Shown: piece by piece, positions 37,289-49,400 of the stretch
Layout of the letters: each line of letters opens with the position of its first letter
How positions within the stretch are numbered: position 1 is the first letter of the stretch
Assembly: GCA_043228905.1 (NCBI GenBank)
Contig: JBHGNT010000016.1
Coordinates: forward strand, 6,634,001-6,698,000
Reading direction: 5' to 3'
From: Azolla caroliniana
Taxonomy: Eukaryota; Plantae; Polypodiophyta
DNA: 64,000 bases
Translations under genes and position numbers: made by a program
The notes under the pieces: generated by a model
Databases searched by the model: none
What the model saw: the letters and a program-made list of their open reading frames with translations, nothing else
Told to the model about the DNA's origin: nothing

Positions 37289-40200
37289 TGTCATGATATG
37301 GCAAGACTCGAACCCATGACCTTATGGTATATGGGTCGAGCTCTTAACCATCACACCATCTATTGTAATTCATAGGATATTATTTTCATTTATGTTTTAT
37401 TATAAGAAAGTAATGTATATTCCAAATTTCTCTGGAACATTCTAGAAGTTTCAGGACTACTCCTGACAACACTATAAAAGAAGGCACTAGGCATTATGTT
37501 GAACCAAATTGGTTCAACGCCAGTCTTAAGCCTCTTAGCCGCTTGTACTTATCTTTTTCACATAATATATTAGCTGATGTCATCATCTTTCTCTCTCTCT
37601 CTCCTCTTCTCACTTCCTCTCTCTTGGGAATCTTACGCAGTCCCGTCCTCTTAGTACTAATAGTACTACTCTTCTTAGTACTAATTCCATCTCTGCTTTA
37701 GTACTATTCCTGATAGTTTGAACCAATTTTTCTTCTTTCCTCCAACCTACTTGTCGTTCTCCCTCATCCTCCTACCCTTTTCCCTCTACTATGGCTACTG
37801 TTAGCGCCCAAGAATATCAATCCATTTTCTCCGAGTTACAGTGCCTAAAAGAAAAGTTTGTTGCCCATAAAAGAAAAGTTTGTTGCCTAGGAACAAGAAA
37901 ACCAACGGTTGATAGGGGATCTGCTACAAATCGCTCTCGAAAAACAACAAACGCAACAACAACATGGGGAGTTAGCGTTACGGGTACAACAACTTGAAGC
38001 AGCGTTGCAACAACAAGGATCAAGTCCCCAAGGATTTCATAAAGAGCCCAAGATTGGACTTCCTATGAAATTTGATGAAACGTGATCGCAATTCCGGGGA
38101 TTCCTTAATCAGGTACGCTTAGTCATCCAGATGCATCCTTCTCGATATCCCACTGATGCATCTTGAGTCGGCCTAATAGGCACGTTACTTAGCGGCTCAG
38201 CCTTGGCATGGTTCGCTCTGCTTCTAGAAAAACAATCACCCTTGCTTAATAACTTTGAAGATTTTATTGGTGAGTTTAAAGCCTGCTTTGGAGATACCGA
38301 CAGCATCAGGACGACGATCAACAAGATCCGAAGATTGCGTCAAGGCGATCGTCCAGCCTCTGCCTACGCGGCGGATTTCCGTTTACTCGCCTCAGATATC
38401 CCCGAAGAACCAAAGTCTCTTATGGAGGCAATCAGTCGAGCGGTCCGATGCGACAACCGCCTTTTCGAACGGCGTTCAGAACAACAATTACAAATACCAC
38501 ACTCTCGGCCGGAACCCACATACGCCTCAGTCACGGCTAGACCGTTTGCACGCGATGTACCTCAAGCCAATATTCCGACCCCGATGGAGATCGACACCAT
38601 GCATCGACGCGACCTGTTATCGGAAGAAGAAAAGCAACGACGATGTGCCAATTGATTATGTCTTTATTGCGGTGGACCAAGACATATCGCCATCAATTGT
38701 CCCCGTAGGCCTAGAAGACAGGTAAATCAAATCGTCGCCTGTACTAAACTCGAGTCAATTCTTCCCTTCGGAGTGTCTGATAGTATTAATAGTACTAATA
38801 GAGTGTCAGATAGTATTCATAGTACTAATAGCCCAAGTATCTCAAACAAATTTGAAAGGTATACTCCATACAGTGGTAACCAAGGAAGAGAAGCAAAGCT
38901 CAGAGAATGGAATTTGCTTGCTGGGCGCAACATCCTTAGTCAATTAGATGAAGAGTTAAACGATTGAGTCCGGCCAAAATAGGAGCCGTTTGGTTGGACA
39001 GCAGCCCTGGATCTGTACAGCCCATTAGTGGTTCCATTCCTTCCAAGCAAGTTAGCAATGTGTTCCTAGCCCAAGTCATTGTTAGTACTAAAAGTACTCC
39101 CCAAGTACCCGTCCTAGCACTCTTAGATTCTGGAGCTAATTCCTGTTTCATGGATCGAAATTTTGCCCAAGCTTCTTAGATATCCCTAAGAAAACTTCCT
39201 TGTCCCGCATCTGTAGTAGTCATTGATGGTTGTCCCATTGCTTCCGGGAATATTGTAGAAGAATCATAACCCATTCAAGTTGTCCTAGGTAGTTTTGTGT
39301 GTGTAATATCATTTAATATAATTAGTAGTCCAGAGCATCCCATTGTCCTAGGATTACCTTGGTTTGAATTACATAATCCAGCCATAGATTGGAGAACAAG
39401 AGAAGTCCGATATCGACCACCCCAAGCATCAACTCACCGAGTTTCGACCATTTCACTCCATCAATTACGCGAAGAAGGACACAAGGAGGCAATGTTCCTA
39501 TTTGCAATATCAGTACATCCTTCCAACACTATTAAGAAGGACTCCTCAGTACAACTTCCGGCAAAATATCATCCTTATGCCGATGTATTTGACAAGGTAA
39601 AAGCCGGTACCCTTCCTCATCACCGTCCCTATGACTGTCCCATCGATTTACAACCAGGAACCGAGCCACCATGGGGACCAATTTACAACTTGTCACCCAC
39701 CGAGTTAGAAGTCCTTCGAGCATACATAGAGGAGAACTTGGCAAGCGGGTTCATCCGTCATTCGAAATCTCCAGCCGGTGCACCCATCTTCTTTGTCAAG
39801 AAGAAAGATGGCTCACTTCGTCTCGTCGTTGATTACCGCGGATTGAATAAGGTCACCATCCGGAATAGGTATGCACTTCCTCTTATATCAAGTCTTTTAG
39901 AGCGAGTTAATGGTGCCAAGTTTTTTACCAAAATTGATCTACGAGGAGCGTATAACCTCGTGCGGATCCGACCGGGAGATGAATGGAAGACCGCCTTTCG
40001 CACGCGGTATGGGCATTTCGAGTATACTGTTATGCCGTTCGGCCTAACCAATGCACCCGCAGTCTTCCAACACATGGCAAATGATATATTCAGAGACCTC
40101 TTGGATATCTGTTTGATCATCTATCTAGATGATCTATTGATTTATTTGAAGACCCAGCAAGAGCACGATTCTCATGTACTATTAGTACTAAAGCGACTCC

Positions 40201-42959
40201 GCGAGAATGGTCTTTATGCCAAGCTAGAAAAATGTAGCTTTGACTGCAAGCAAGTGGAATTTCTAGGCTACGTCATCTCCTCAAAGGGCATTGCCATGGA
40301 TCCAGCTAAAGTCCAAACTGTACTAGAATGGCAAATTCCACGGTCGGTACGAGATGTACAATGTTTTCTAGGTTTTGCTAACTTCTACCGTAAGTTTATA
40401 CAGGATTACTCGAAGATTATTTTACCCCTCACACAACTTACGAAGAAGGGCCAAGCATTTCTTTGGTCCATTGAAGCAGATATGGCTTTTCGGCATCTTA
40501 AGAAAGCCTTTACATCAGCACCGATTCTAGCTCATGTGGATACCAGCAAACCATTCATCATGGAGGCCGACGCTTCAGATTTCGCCCTTGGTAGCATCCT
40601 TTCTCAACAAGGAGATAAAGAAGAGTTGCATCCGGTGGCTTTCCACTCACGCAAATTCGATGTCGCGGAAATCAACTACGAAATACATGACAAGGAGTTA
40701 TTAGCCATCGTGGATTCATTTGTGCAATGGCGGCATTTCTTAGAGGGCTCTCCACATCAGGTCATTGTCTTTAGTGATCATAAAAATCTTGCTTATTTCC
40801 AGAACGCTCGCGTACTAAATCGACGGCAAGCTCGGTGGGCGCAATTCCTCACGCGTTTCGACTTCAAAATCACATATCGATCGGGGAAGCAGCAAGGAAA
40901 AGCAGATGCACTATCACTGCGTTCATATCTTGCACCTCGTCCTGGTGATCCAACATTTGATAATCAAAAGCAAGTAATCTTGGGACCAACACGATTGCAC
41001 ACGACGCGGATTTTTCACACCCCGATGGATTCACGGATTACCGATGACATACGTGCAAACTTGAAGACGGATAGTTTTGCTCAAGACATCATGGCGCACA
41101 TTGATACTTCTCAGGCATCCTGTTCTCAGTCTCAACAACCAGGTATTGACTACCGAAAATTCGAATATCATGATGGTTTGTTATTCTTTAAAAAGCGCGT
41201 ATATGTCCCCGATTGCTCCTGTCGCCTTCAAATCGTCCAGCATTGTCACGACACCCATACAGCGGGACATTTCGGTAGTACTAAGACGTTGGAGCTAGTG
41301 CATCGATCTTTTTGGTGGCCCCACCTGCGCCATTTTGTCGACGACTACGTTCGGACCTGTGATGCTTGTTGTCGAGCAAAGACTCCACGACACCATCCAT
41401 ATGGCTTGTTGGAACCCTTACCGATTCCAAGTAAGCCGTGGCAGTCTATTTGTCTTGATTTTATCACAGATCTATCGGTCTCGCAGGGGTTCGATGCTAT
41501 CTTAACCGTCGTCGATCAATATACGAAGATGGCACATTTTGTCCCATGTACTAAGGCCATCACTAGCGAGGAAACCGCCGCCCTAGTCATGCGTGAGGTA
41601 TTTCGGCATCATGGCCTCCCAGACAGTATCATCAGTGACCGAGGACCACAATTTGTCTCCAAATTTTGGCAGCATCTCTTCAAGATGCTCAAGGTCTCTT
41701 GCAACCTCTCCTCCGTCTACCATCCTCAGACTGATGGGCAGGCAGAACGAACAAACCAAACGCTGGAGCAATATCTCCGGTGTTTCCTGAGTTACCAACA
41801 GGACGATTGGGCCGAGATTCTCCACTTTGCGGAGTTTGCGTATAATAATGTTGTTCACTCCTCGACTCGAGTCTCCCCATTCTACGCTTATACCGGTTCT
41901 CATCCTCGCTGGTCGGTGATCGACACCCCGGAGCTACCTACCAATCCTCGTGCCGGGGATCATTTGGAGAGACTACGCAAGATCGAGACAGATCTCTTGA
42001 CTCATCTTCGTCATGCTCAACAAACACAGAAGACTTACGCGGATTGTCATCGGCTTCCCTCCTCTTTTGCCATCGGAGATCGAGTATGGCTCTTACGTTG
42101 TCACATCAAGACTACTCGACCGTGCGACAAGTTGGATTATCGACGACTTGGTCCTTTCCGTATTCTGGGTAAGGTTAATGATGTCACATTCCACCTTGAT
42201 CTCCCTCCGCAGCTTCAGATACATCCGGTTTTCCATTGTTCTCTTCTTGAACCTTATAAAGCAAACACCATTCCCGATCGTGTTACACCACCGCCACCCC
42301 CGCTAGAGTTGGACACCGGCCCGGAGTATGAAGTTGCTACCATCCTCGATTCCAAACTTATTCGCAATAAACTTTATTATTTAGTCGATTGGCTTGGTTA
42401 TAGTCCGAGCGAACGCACTTGGGAACCCGTCGAGCATGTTGCCAATGCTTTGGATCTGCTTGCTGATTTCCGGACAAACCCGGTCCGCAATCAACGCCGA
42501 CTCGTTCCACTCGTCGTCTTTAAGGGGGAGATAGTGTCATGATATGGCAAGACTCGAACCCATGACCTTATGGTATATGGGTCGAGCTCTTAACCATCAC
42601 ACTATCTATTGTAATTCATAAAATATTATTTTCATTTATGTTTTATTATAAGAAAGTAATGTATAATTCAAATTTCTCTAGAACATTCTAGAAGTTTCAG
42701 GACTACTCTTGACAACACTATAAAAGAAGGCACTAGGAATTATGTTGAACCAAATTGGTTCAACGCCAGTCTTAAGCCTCTTAGCCGCTTGTACTTATCT
42801 TTTTCACATAATATATTAGCTGTTGTCATCATCTTTCTCTCTCTCTCCTCTTCTCACTTCCTCTCTCTCGGGAATCTTACGCAGTCCCGTCCTCTTAGTA
42901 CTAATAGTACTGCTCTTCTTAGTACTAATTCCATCTCTGCTTTAGTACTATTCCTGACA
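37289..42959 (+). mobile_element. Full-length chromovirus (Tcn1/Tf1-sushi type Ty3/gypsy)
   Basis: LTRs at 37289-37715 and 42535-42959. 5-bp TSD TCTTG. PPT AAGGGGGAGATAG. Gag (with stops) at 37791-38967. Protease LLDSGA at about 39120, followed by RT, RH, IN and chromodomain. Confidence 0.95.
39297..42542 (+). CDS. Chromovirus Pol (RT, RNase H, integrase, chromodomain); open for 1081 aa, upstream protease region has stops
   Basis: RLVVDYRGLN, MPFGLTNAPA, YLDD, DASD, HHCC, SDRGPQF, GPF motif and chromodomain EYEVATILD...WLGY...TWEP. Confidence 0.9.
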   Translation: MCVISFNIISSPEHPIVLGLPWFELHNPAIDWRTREVRYRPPQASTHRVSTISLHQLREEGHKEAMFLFAISVHPSNTIKKDSSVQLPAKYHPYADVFDKVKAGTLPHHRPYDCPIDLQPGTEPPWGPIYNLSPTELEVLRAYIEENLASGFIRHSKSPAGAPIFFVKKKDGSLRLVVDYRGLNKVTIRNRYALPLISSLLERVNGAKFFTKIDLRGAYNLVRIRPGDEWKTAFRTRYGHFEYTVMPFGLTNAPAVFQHMANDIFRDLLDICLIIYLDDLLIYLKTQQEHDSHVLLVLKRLRENGLYAKLEKCSFDCKQVEFLGYVISSKGIAMDPAKVQTVLEWQIPRSVRDVQCFLGFANFYRKFIQDYSKIILPLTQLTKKGQAFLWSIEADMAFRHLKKAFTSAPILAHVDTSKPFIMEADASDFALGSILSQQGDKEELHPVAFHSRKFDVAEINYEIHDKELLAIVDSFVQWRHFLEGSPHQVIVFSDHKNLAYFQNARVLNRRQARWAQFLTRFDFKITYRSGKQQGKADALSLRSYLAPRPGDPTFDNQKQVILGPTRLHTTRIFHTPMDSRITDDIRANLKTDSFAQDIMAHIDTSQASCSQSQQPGIDYRKFEYHDGLLFFKKRVYVPDCSCRLQIVQHCHDTHTAGHFGSTKTLELVHRSFWWPHLRHFVDDYVRTCDACCRAKTPRHHPYGLLEPLPIPSKPWQSICLDFITDLSVSQGFDAILTVVDQYTKMAHFVPCTKAITSEETAALVMREVFRHHGLPDSIISDRGPQFVSKFWQHLFKMLKVSCNLSSVYHPQTDGQAERTNQTLEQYLRCFLSYQQDDWAEILHFAEFAYNNVVHSSTRVSPFYAYTGSHPRWSVIDTPELPTNPRAGDHLERLRKIETDLLTHLRHAQQTQKTYADCHRLPSSFAIGDRVWLLRCHIKTTRPCDKLDYRRLGPFRILGKVNDVTFHLDLPPQLQIHPVFHCSLLEPYKANTIPDRVTPPPPPLELDTGPEYEVATILDSKLIRNKLYYLVDWLGYSPSERTWEPVEHVANALDLLADFRTNPVRNQRRLVPLVVFKGEIVS

Positions 42960-43301
42960 TCTTGACTCTGCGGCCGCTGCCGCTCGTTCCGACTTGTTCG
43001 GACGTGCCGACTTCTTTCGTCGACTCGGCTTCCTTTTTCCCTTTGTCTCCCGCTTCGGTTCCTTGTCCGGTGCCATCCGTTCCCTTTCCTTTTCTCCCCC
43101 TCAAGTGTGGCACGTCAAGATGCTAAACACCAAGCATTTCGATGAAGTGTTGCAACTTGTCTGATCCAAGCGGTTTGGTGAAGATATCGGCAACTTGCCG
43201 ATCCGTCTGAACATACCGAAGTTCAACTTCACCGCTCAAAACCTACTCATGCACAAAGTGATAGTGAACTTCTATGTGCTTCGTTCGAGCATGTAACATG
43301 G

Positions 43302-44474
43302 TGTCGTGGAGAAAAACCGTCCCTAGGAGGAATCGGTGAATAGAGAGTGTGAACCAGCCCTTACACGCAGGCACATGTTTTGATATGTTGTACATAGTTA
43401 GGCACAGGTCGGCGATGTGAATATCCTAGGTAGCGTGTATTCATTAGGTAGGGAATCAAGGAGTATCTCTATCCGAAAGGACAGAGAATAAAGGTGATGT
43501 AACAAACTGTAACGTTTCTCTCTCCTTGAGCTATAAAAGGAGAGGAAAGGGGACTAAGATGGGATCGCGTTGTGGAGGACGAAGTCCTATCGGATTGGGA
43601 CCGAGCTCTTCTCCTCTATCTTTTGTCGTTCTCTGCAGATTTTGGGAGGCTGCCTCTACTTCGTGGAAAGCCTGAGTGCTTCCGGTAGAGGCTCCATCTC
43701 GCGGTGTCCATGTGCGTTGTGTGAGTTGGTGTCAGCGCATTGACGCTTACCGGCTAGCCGATTGTAATCTTGATCATAAATATATATTTGCCTTATTCAT
43801 TGCTCGATCTTCGTTGTGAGTTCTTTGTGTATTTGTGTGCGCGTCTCGACCATGGTTTTGTGTCGCTCCTCCCTCTGTTCGGTTATTCCCCGGTTCAGGG
43901 CCACCGCGGTCCCGCCTTGGTTTCTCCTACACGTGCAGAATAACACGACATAATTTGGTGAACTCGACATGAAACAAGGCGGCAGAGGAATCGAGGATGA
44001 GGGGATCAGAGCTCACCGAAGCCATGTCGGCAGCAGTCGATCGGATAGTAAGTGCTCACGAGGGCACGAGCGCCCTCGATAGGGCCATTGAAGCAATTGT
44101 TGGCACAATAGGCCGGTTCGATGGGAAGGACCATGAGTTATTTGGTGGCCTACCGAGCCGAAATGATGATGAGGGACATCCCGGAGGAAAGGCATTTAGT
44201 TGGGTTCCCTCGGGTGGCGACACCGGGCATCCACGCAGAGGTGCTCGAGGTGCAGGCTGGATGCTGGACCTAGGGAGAATTCGAAGCGCGGCTCCTCGAA
44301 CGGTACGGGCTTGATGACTCACTTCGGTTATCGAAACGGGACTTCATGGATTGGTTGGAGACCCCCAGAAAGGGGATGAATGCGTCGGCACTTCTCTGGG
44401 AGTTTGAAGAACGCTTCGCGCGGCTCTCGGCACTAGACAGAGCAGTGATGGACACGAGCCGCGTCTTGTTGTTT
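43302..44474 (+). mobile_element. tRNA-Trp-primed gypsy-like element (copy E): 5' LTR, PBS and gag start, truncated
   Basis: LTR at 43302-43950 (TGTCGTGG...CACGACA). PBS TGGTGAACTCGACATGA at 43956-43972. Gag MRGSELTEAMSAAVD... from 43997 is highly similar to copy A. Confidence 0.85.
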
Positions 44475-46361
44475 GTCTTTGCTTGTGTTTCAAAGATGAC
44501 ATGGCCTGTATTCTTTCTTCCTCTAACAGTAATAAGGCTTCTTTCCGAATTTTTTCCGACTGCAGTTCATTTAATTTTTCAATTGCTTGTACTCGGAGTG
44601 TCAGAATCTAAAATTCTACTGGCATTACGGCTTCTAATCCGAAATCCATTCGGAAAGGAGTTGATTTAATAGATGTTTTATAAGACGTCCGATATGCCCA
44701 TAAAGCACTCTAAAGCTTTTGATCCCAATTTGTACGATTTTCATTGACTATCTTTTTTTGTATTGTCTACAGTGTTTTATTTGTCGATTCTGCTAATCCA
44801 TTTGCTTGTGAATAGTAAGGAGTGCTCTTTTTGTGAACCACTGGGTAATATGTGGATAGCTCATGTACAATTATATTAATAAAATGTGTACCTTGATCGC
44901 TTACTAATTCTATCGGACACCCAAATCGACACCATATATTTTCGTACAAATTTTTTGTTGTTGATGTTTCTGTATTGTCCCTGAGATGTTTAGCTTCTAC
45001 CCACTTTGTACAGTAATCTGTGGTGATTATGATGTAACGATTACCTGTGCGTATGGCTGCTGGTTTAAATGGACCGACAAAATCCAATCCCCATTTTTGA
45101 AATGGCACCAAAGGCAAAATTGGTTGGAAAGGCATTCTGCCCTTTTTTGTGGGTTGCCCTAGTCTTTGACATAAATCACATTTTCGACAATAGTCCACTG
45201 CATCCATTGTTCCATATTTTTCGGGCTGTAGTTTCTCCGGCATAATGACCACCTACAATACCACAATGAGATTCTCGCAGAATTATCGATTTCGCAAATT
45301 GTCGTACTATCCTTCTCCAAATTCCGTCTGCACCTTTATGATAGAGAGTATCTTTCAAAAAATAGAAATTCTGACTATGAACGGCTAACCTTTTCCTTTT
45401 ATCCGTCGATAGATGCTCGGGTGGTAACCCTGTTGTAAGAAAGATTGTCATCTCTGAGATCCAAGCATCCTTGCCTTCCTCATTTATTTCTTGTACCCGT
45501 ACTGCTTCCACTCAAAAGAGTTGTCCATCCGGAAAATCATCTAGCACACCTATGCCTTCTTCTCCCAACTCTAGTCTGTTAAGATAATCAACAATCGCAT
45601 GATGTACTCCTAGCCGATGTAAAATGTCAAACTCGAATTCTTGCAGTAATAATGTCCATTGTGCTAGCTTACCAGTTAATTCTTTTTTAGAGACTAAATA
45701 GAGAAGAGCAGAATGATCGACATGGAATGTAAATTTCTTGCCCAAAAGGTAGTGGCGAAATTTATTGATACTATAAATCATTCCTAACGCTTCCCTCTCG
45801 GTTGTTGAATAATTTCTTTCCGTTGTCGAGAGTTTTCGACTAGCGTAATACACTGGTCTATACTAATTTGGTTCGGATAACTGCATAAGTGCACTGCAGA
45901 TTGCTATATCAGATGCATCAATGAACACATGGAAGGGTTTATTCCTGTCAGGTGGTTGAACCACCGAAACTTTAGATAGCATTTTCTTGAGACACTCATA
46001 CGCGTCCTGTTCCACACTTATCCATTGAAAAGGAACTTTATGCACCGTTGTGTGTAGAGGAATGGCAGCATTCGCAAGATATCTAATCATCCTACTATGC
46101 CATCTTATCTGCCCCTAGAACCGACTAAGGCCCCTTGCGTTTGTAGGTGTTGGTGCTTCTAATATGGTCCTAACCTTGTCTGGGTCAACTGCAATTCCTT
46201 CTTGGCTGACAATATGGCCTAACAGTGTCCCATTAGTAACTCCGAACGAGCGTTTTGCCGGATTCAAGCTGACCCGACCTTTCCGACATTGCTCCAACCA
46301 TAGTCGTAAATGTTCGAAATGTTCAAAATGCCTAAGACCACCACCCTCTTTGAATTAAAAA

Positions 46362-46413
<52 letters not shown>

Positions 46414-49400
46414 GTGTATGTTGCCTACTTTCTCTTGTTTAGCTTAAGCACCCTCTAATCGTCGTGTGCCTATCCCTACGCACTCCTTGTTTCGACCATT
46501 TGGTCCTAGTAAGATATATACGACGAAATCATCTAGGAAAACTTGCATAAATGCGGAAATGTATTCCGCAAAGATTTCCTATATAACCCTTTGAAATGTG
46601 GCCAGAGTTGTTTTTAATCCGAACATCATTACTATTGCCACAAATACTCCCCATTCAGTAACGAAGGTTGTCTTTTCTTGATCCTCCGGATGCATCCTTA
46701 CCTGATTATATCCACTAAATCCATCCAGGAAACTGTACATTTCATGACCAGCGACTGCATCCGATATCCCATCCGTAAATGGTAATGGAAATGCGTTCGT
46801 TACTGTTGCTGCATTTAGTTTCCGATAGTTGACACATACTCGAATTTTTCCATTCTTTTTCGGAACAACTACAATTGGACTTAGCCATATAGCTTTTTTT
46901 ACCGGTCAAATAAACCCTACCTTCAGGATTTTATCTATTTCCTCTAAATTAATTGTAATTGCATAATTAGGATTTAAACGATACCTGCGTTGTTGAACTA
47001 GTTTCGCATATTTATGCAAGTTAATTTGGTGTTGGCAGAAAGCCGGATCTAGCCCTTTCATGTCTTCAAAAGACCAAACAAAAACATCCTTATATTGCTT
47101 TAGTAACCCAAGTAACCTTTGTTTATCCGCCACTCTCATATCTTTAGCTACCAACACTATTTTTGGTTCAAACCCCTTATCATCTTCTGCCAAATTACTT
47201 CCTCCAATGTCGAAGCCTGAACTCGTTGAGATACCTTCATTTCTCTTTCGGTAGCTTCCTGCTGCAATCGGATTTCTTTCATTGTTTGCTCATCTAATGG
47301 TAATTCCTCTTATGAATCCATGTACGGTGTCAAGGCTTGTAATATGTCTACTTCAAACAAAGGGATAATTTTTGGGTTATCATTAAAATAATGATTCTCT
47401 TCGGCCTCATCTAGTTCTTCCATCATATTTACGGCCTCCGCATGAATTGGCAAACATTGTTTGCTCGTCGTAATCTTATTCTGAGTAGACACCCGGATTT
47501 TCGTCTTGCCTTTCCGGAATGTTAATAAATTCTTATTCCAATTTTGCTTAATATTAGAAATTTTTAACCATGGTCGACATAATATCAAAGGATATGCTCC
47601 AGGAGCTTCCAAATGAAGCACCACTACTAATATTTGCAAAGTGTGACCTCCTAATATGACATCCAACTGCCGCAGTAACCCGATTGGTCGTACCGACCGT
47701 ACTAGTATCAGCCATCCTTAGCCAAAATGGACATGCTTCCCATTTGGTAATGCCAAGCCTATCACAAGTAGTTCTATTAATTACATTCATGCCTGAGCCA
47801 CCATCGACAATAGCACCTTCTATTTCTTGCCCATGGATTATGACTTTAATAGAAGGATTTTGTTCATCCATAGTTGAAGGATTATTACTTGGTTGATTAT
47901 AGTGAACGTCTACCTGTTCCGTCCCTTTTTTGGGCAATTAACGTCGCCACTTTCTCTGTGAACCTAGGAATTAATTTGAGTAATCCCGTCACATGTAAAT
48001 GATACATGGCAATCCGCCAAAATTTTCCAAGTTTCTTCTTGTTCTGGTACGACCATAACTCCGGGCAATTCATTAGCTTGATTAATCTCATTATCTTGGA
48101 GCATTTGGGACACATTGTTTTTATTCGCTTCTTCAACCCATTCCTTGACTGCTTTCCGAACAGCTTCCTGAACTTCCCACTTTGATTGTTTACTTTTACT
48201 TTTGGTGGTCACTTGCTGAATTTCCGACATGACCATGTGCACAGCCGGTGTTTTTCGTTTTTCTTTAGACGGACATTGATTTGCATAATGTCCCTCCTGT
48301 CGGCAAATATAGCATGTAGGAACAAATGTTCCACTCCCTTCGCCTTGCGCAAACTGATGATTTCCATCTTCATTAGAATCTGGGGGTTGTTGAAATTGTC
48401 GTGACACTTTTTGCTTATAGAATTTTTAAATATTCTTATAGCGATTTTGTTTAAACTGACCTCCATTGTGTTGTTGATAGTCGTTATCTTGTGCTGCCGA
48501 AAAATCTTGATTCTGTTGATCATTATTTTGTCGAGTGGTTTCTTGGTACCCATTATTGAATATATGTCGGTTATTCTGGTACCCATTTTCCGGAAAAATT
48601 TGTCATACCGGTGTTGTTGTTTTGTTAAGAAGATTATATTCACATTGCTCGACCGAATGAAGTTTAGAATGACATATTGTGCAATGTGTTCGTAAACTAC
48701 ATTCTATTGCCGAATGCCCAGTATTCAAACAAGTCGTACATTGAACTGCTTGCCGAAACTGCAACACCTCTCGAGTTGGCAACATATTATGTAATGCCGA
48801 CATATCCATAACCCTTACATTTTTCGGATTCCGGCCCATAACGATTGCTTTATCAATCACTTGCTCAATCATCTGATTCCGGAAATCAAACACTGCTAAT
48901 GTTGTTCGTAATGGTTCACGAATTGCTTCAAGGAATACATCCTTCAATTCATTGTCCGGAATAGGCCTGGAAATCTGGAATTGTAAATTCTGAAAACGGA
49001 TAACAAATTGAGACACCGTTTCACGCGGCTCCTAATACAACACATAAGATTGTGCTATCAGATCCTTTTGAGGAATCTGACAATGAAATAATTGCCGAAA
49101 TTTGGTGTTTAATTGTTCAAATGTTTCGAATGCACGGAAACCATTTTGCGCAAACCAATTAGCGGACTGACCATCTAATGACAAAACAAACTCAGCAATT
49201 TTAGACGTATCTTCGGCTACTGTCGATAGCCTCTGAGCTCCATGGTTAATTTCCCATGTTGTCAAGAAATCCTTAACATGCGCTTCTGCATCAGCACCTT
49301 CCCGAAATTTAGAATACAGGTAAGGCATATTGTCTTCACTCCAGATATCGTAAAATGATATCTCCTCCTCCTGATTTTCGTCCGACTAACTATCAGTTAA

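Larger units (their letters stand above)
36405..43301 (-). mobile_element. 3' part of a Copia element related to 2818-8348, split by a chromovirus insertion
   Basis: 3' LTR at 36405-36781 and PPT at 36782-36790. 3' extension region at 36791-37288, continuing from 42965. RNase H end (HARTKHIEVHYHF...ADIFTK) at about 43090-43295. Confidence 0.85.
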
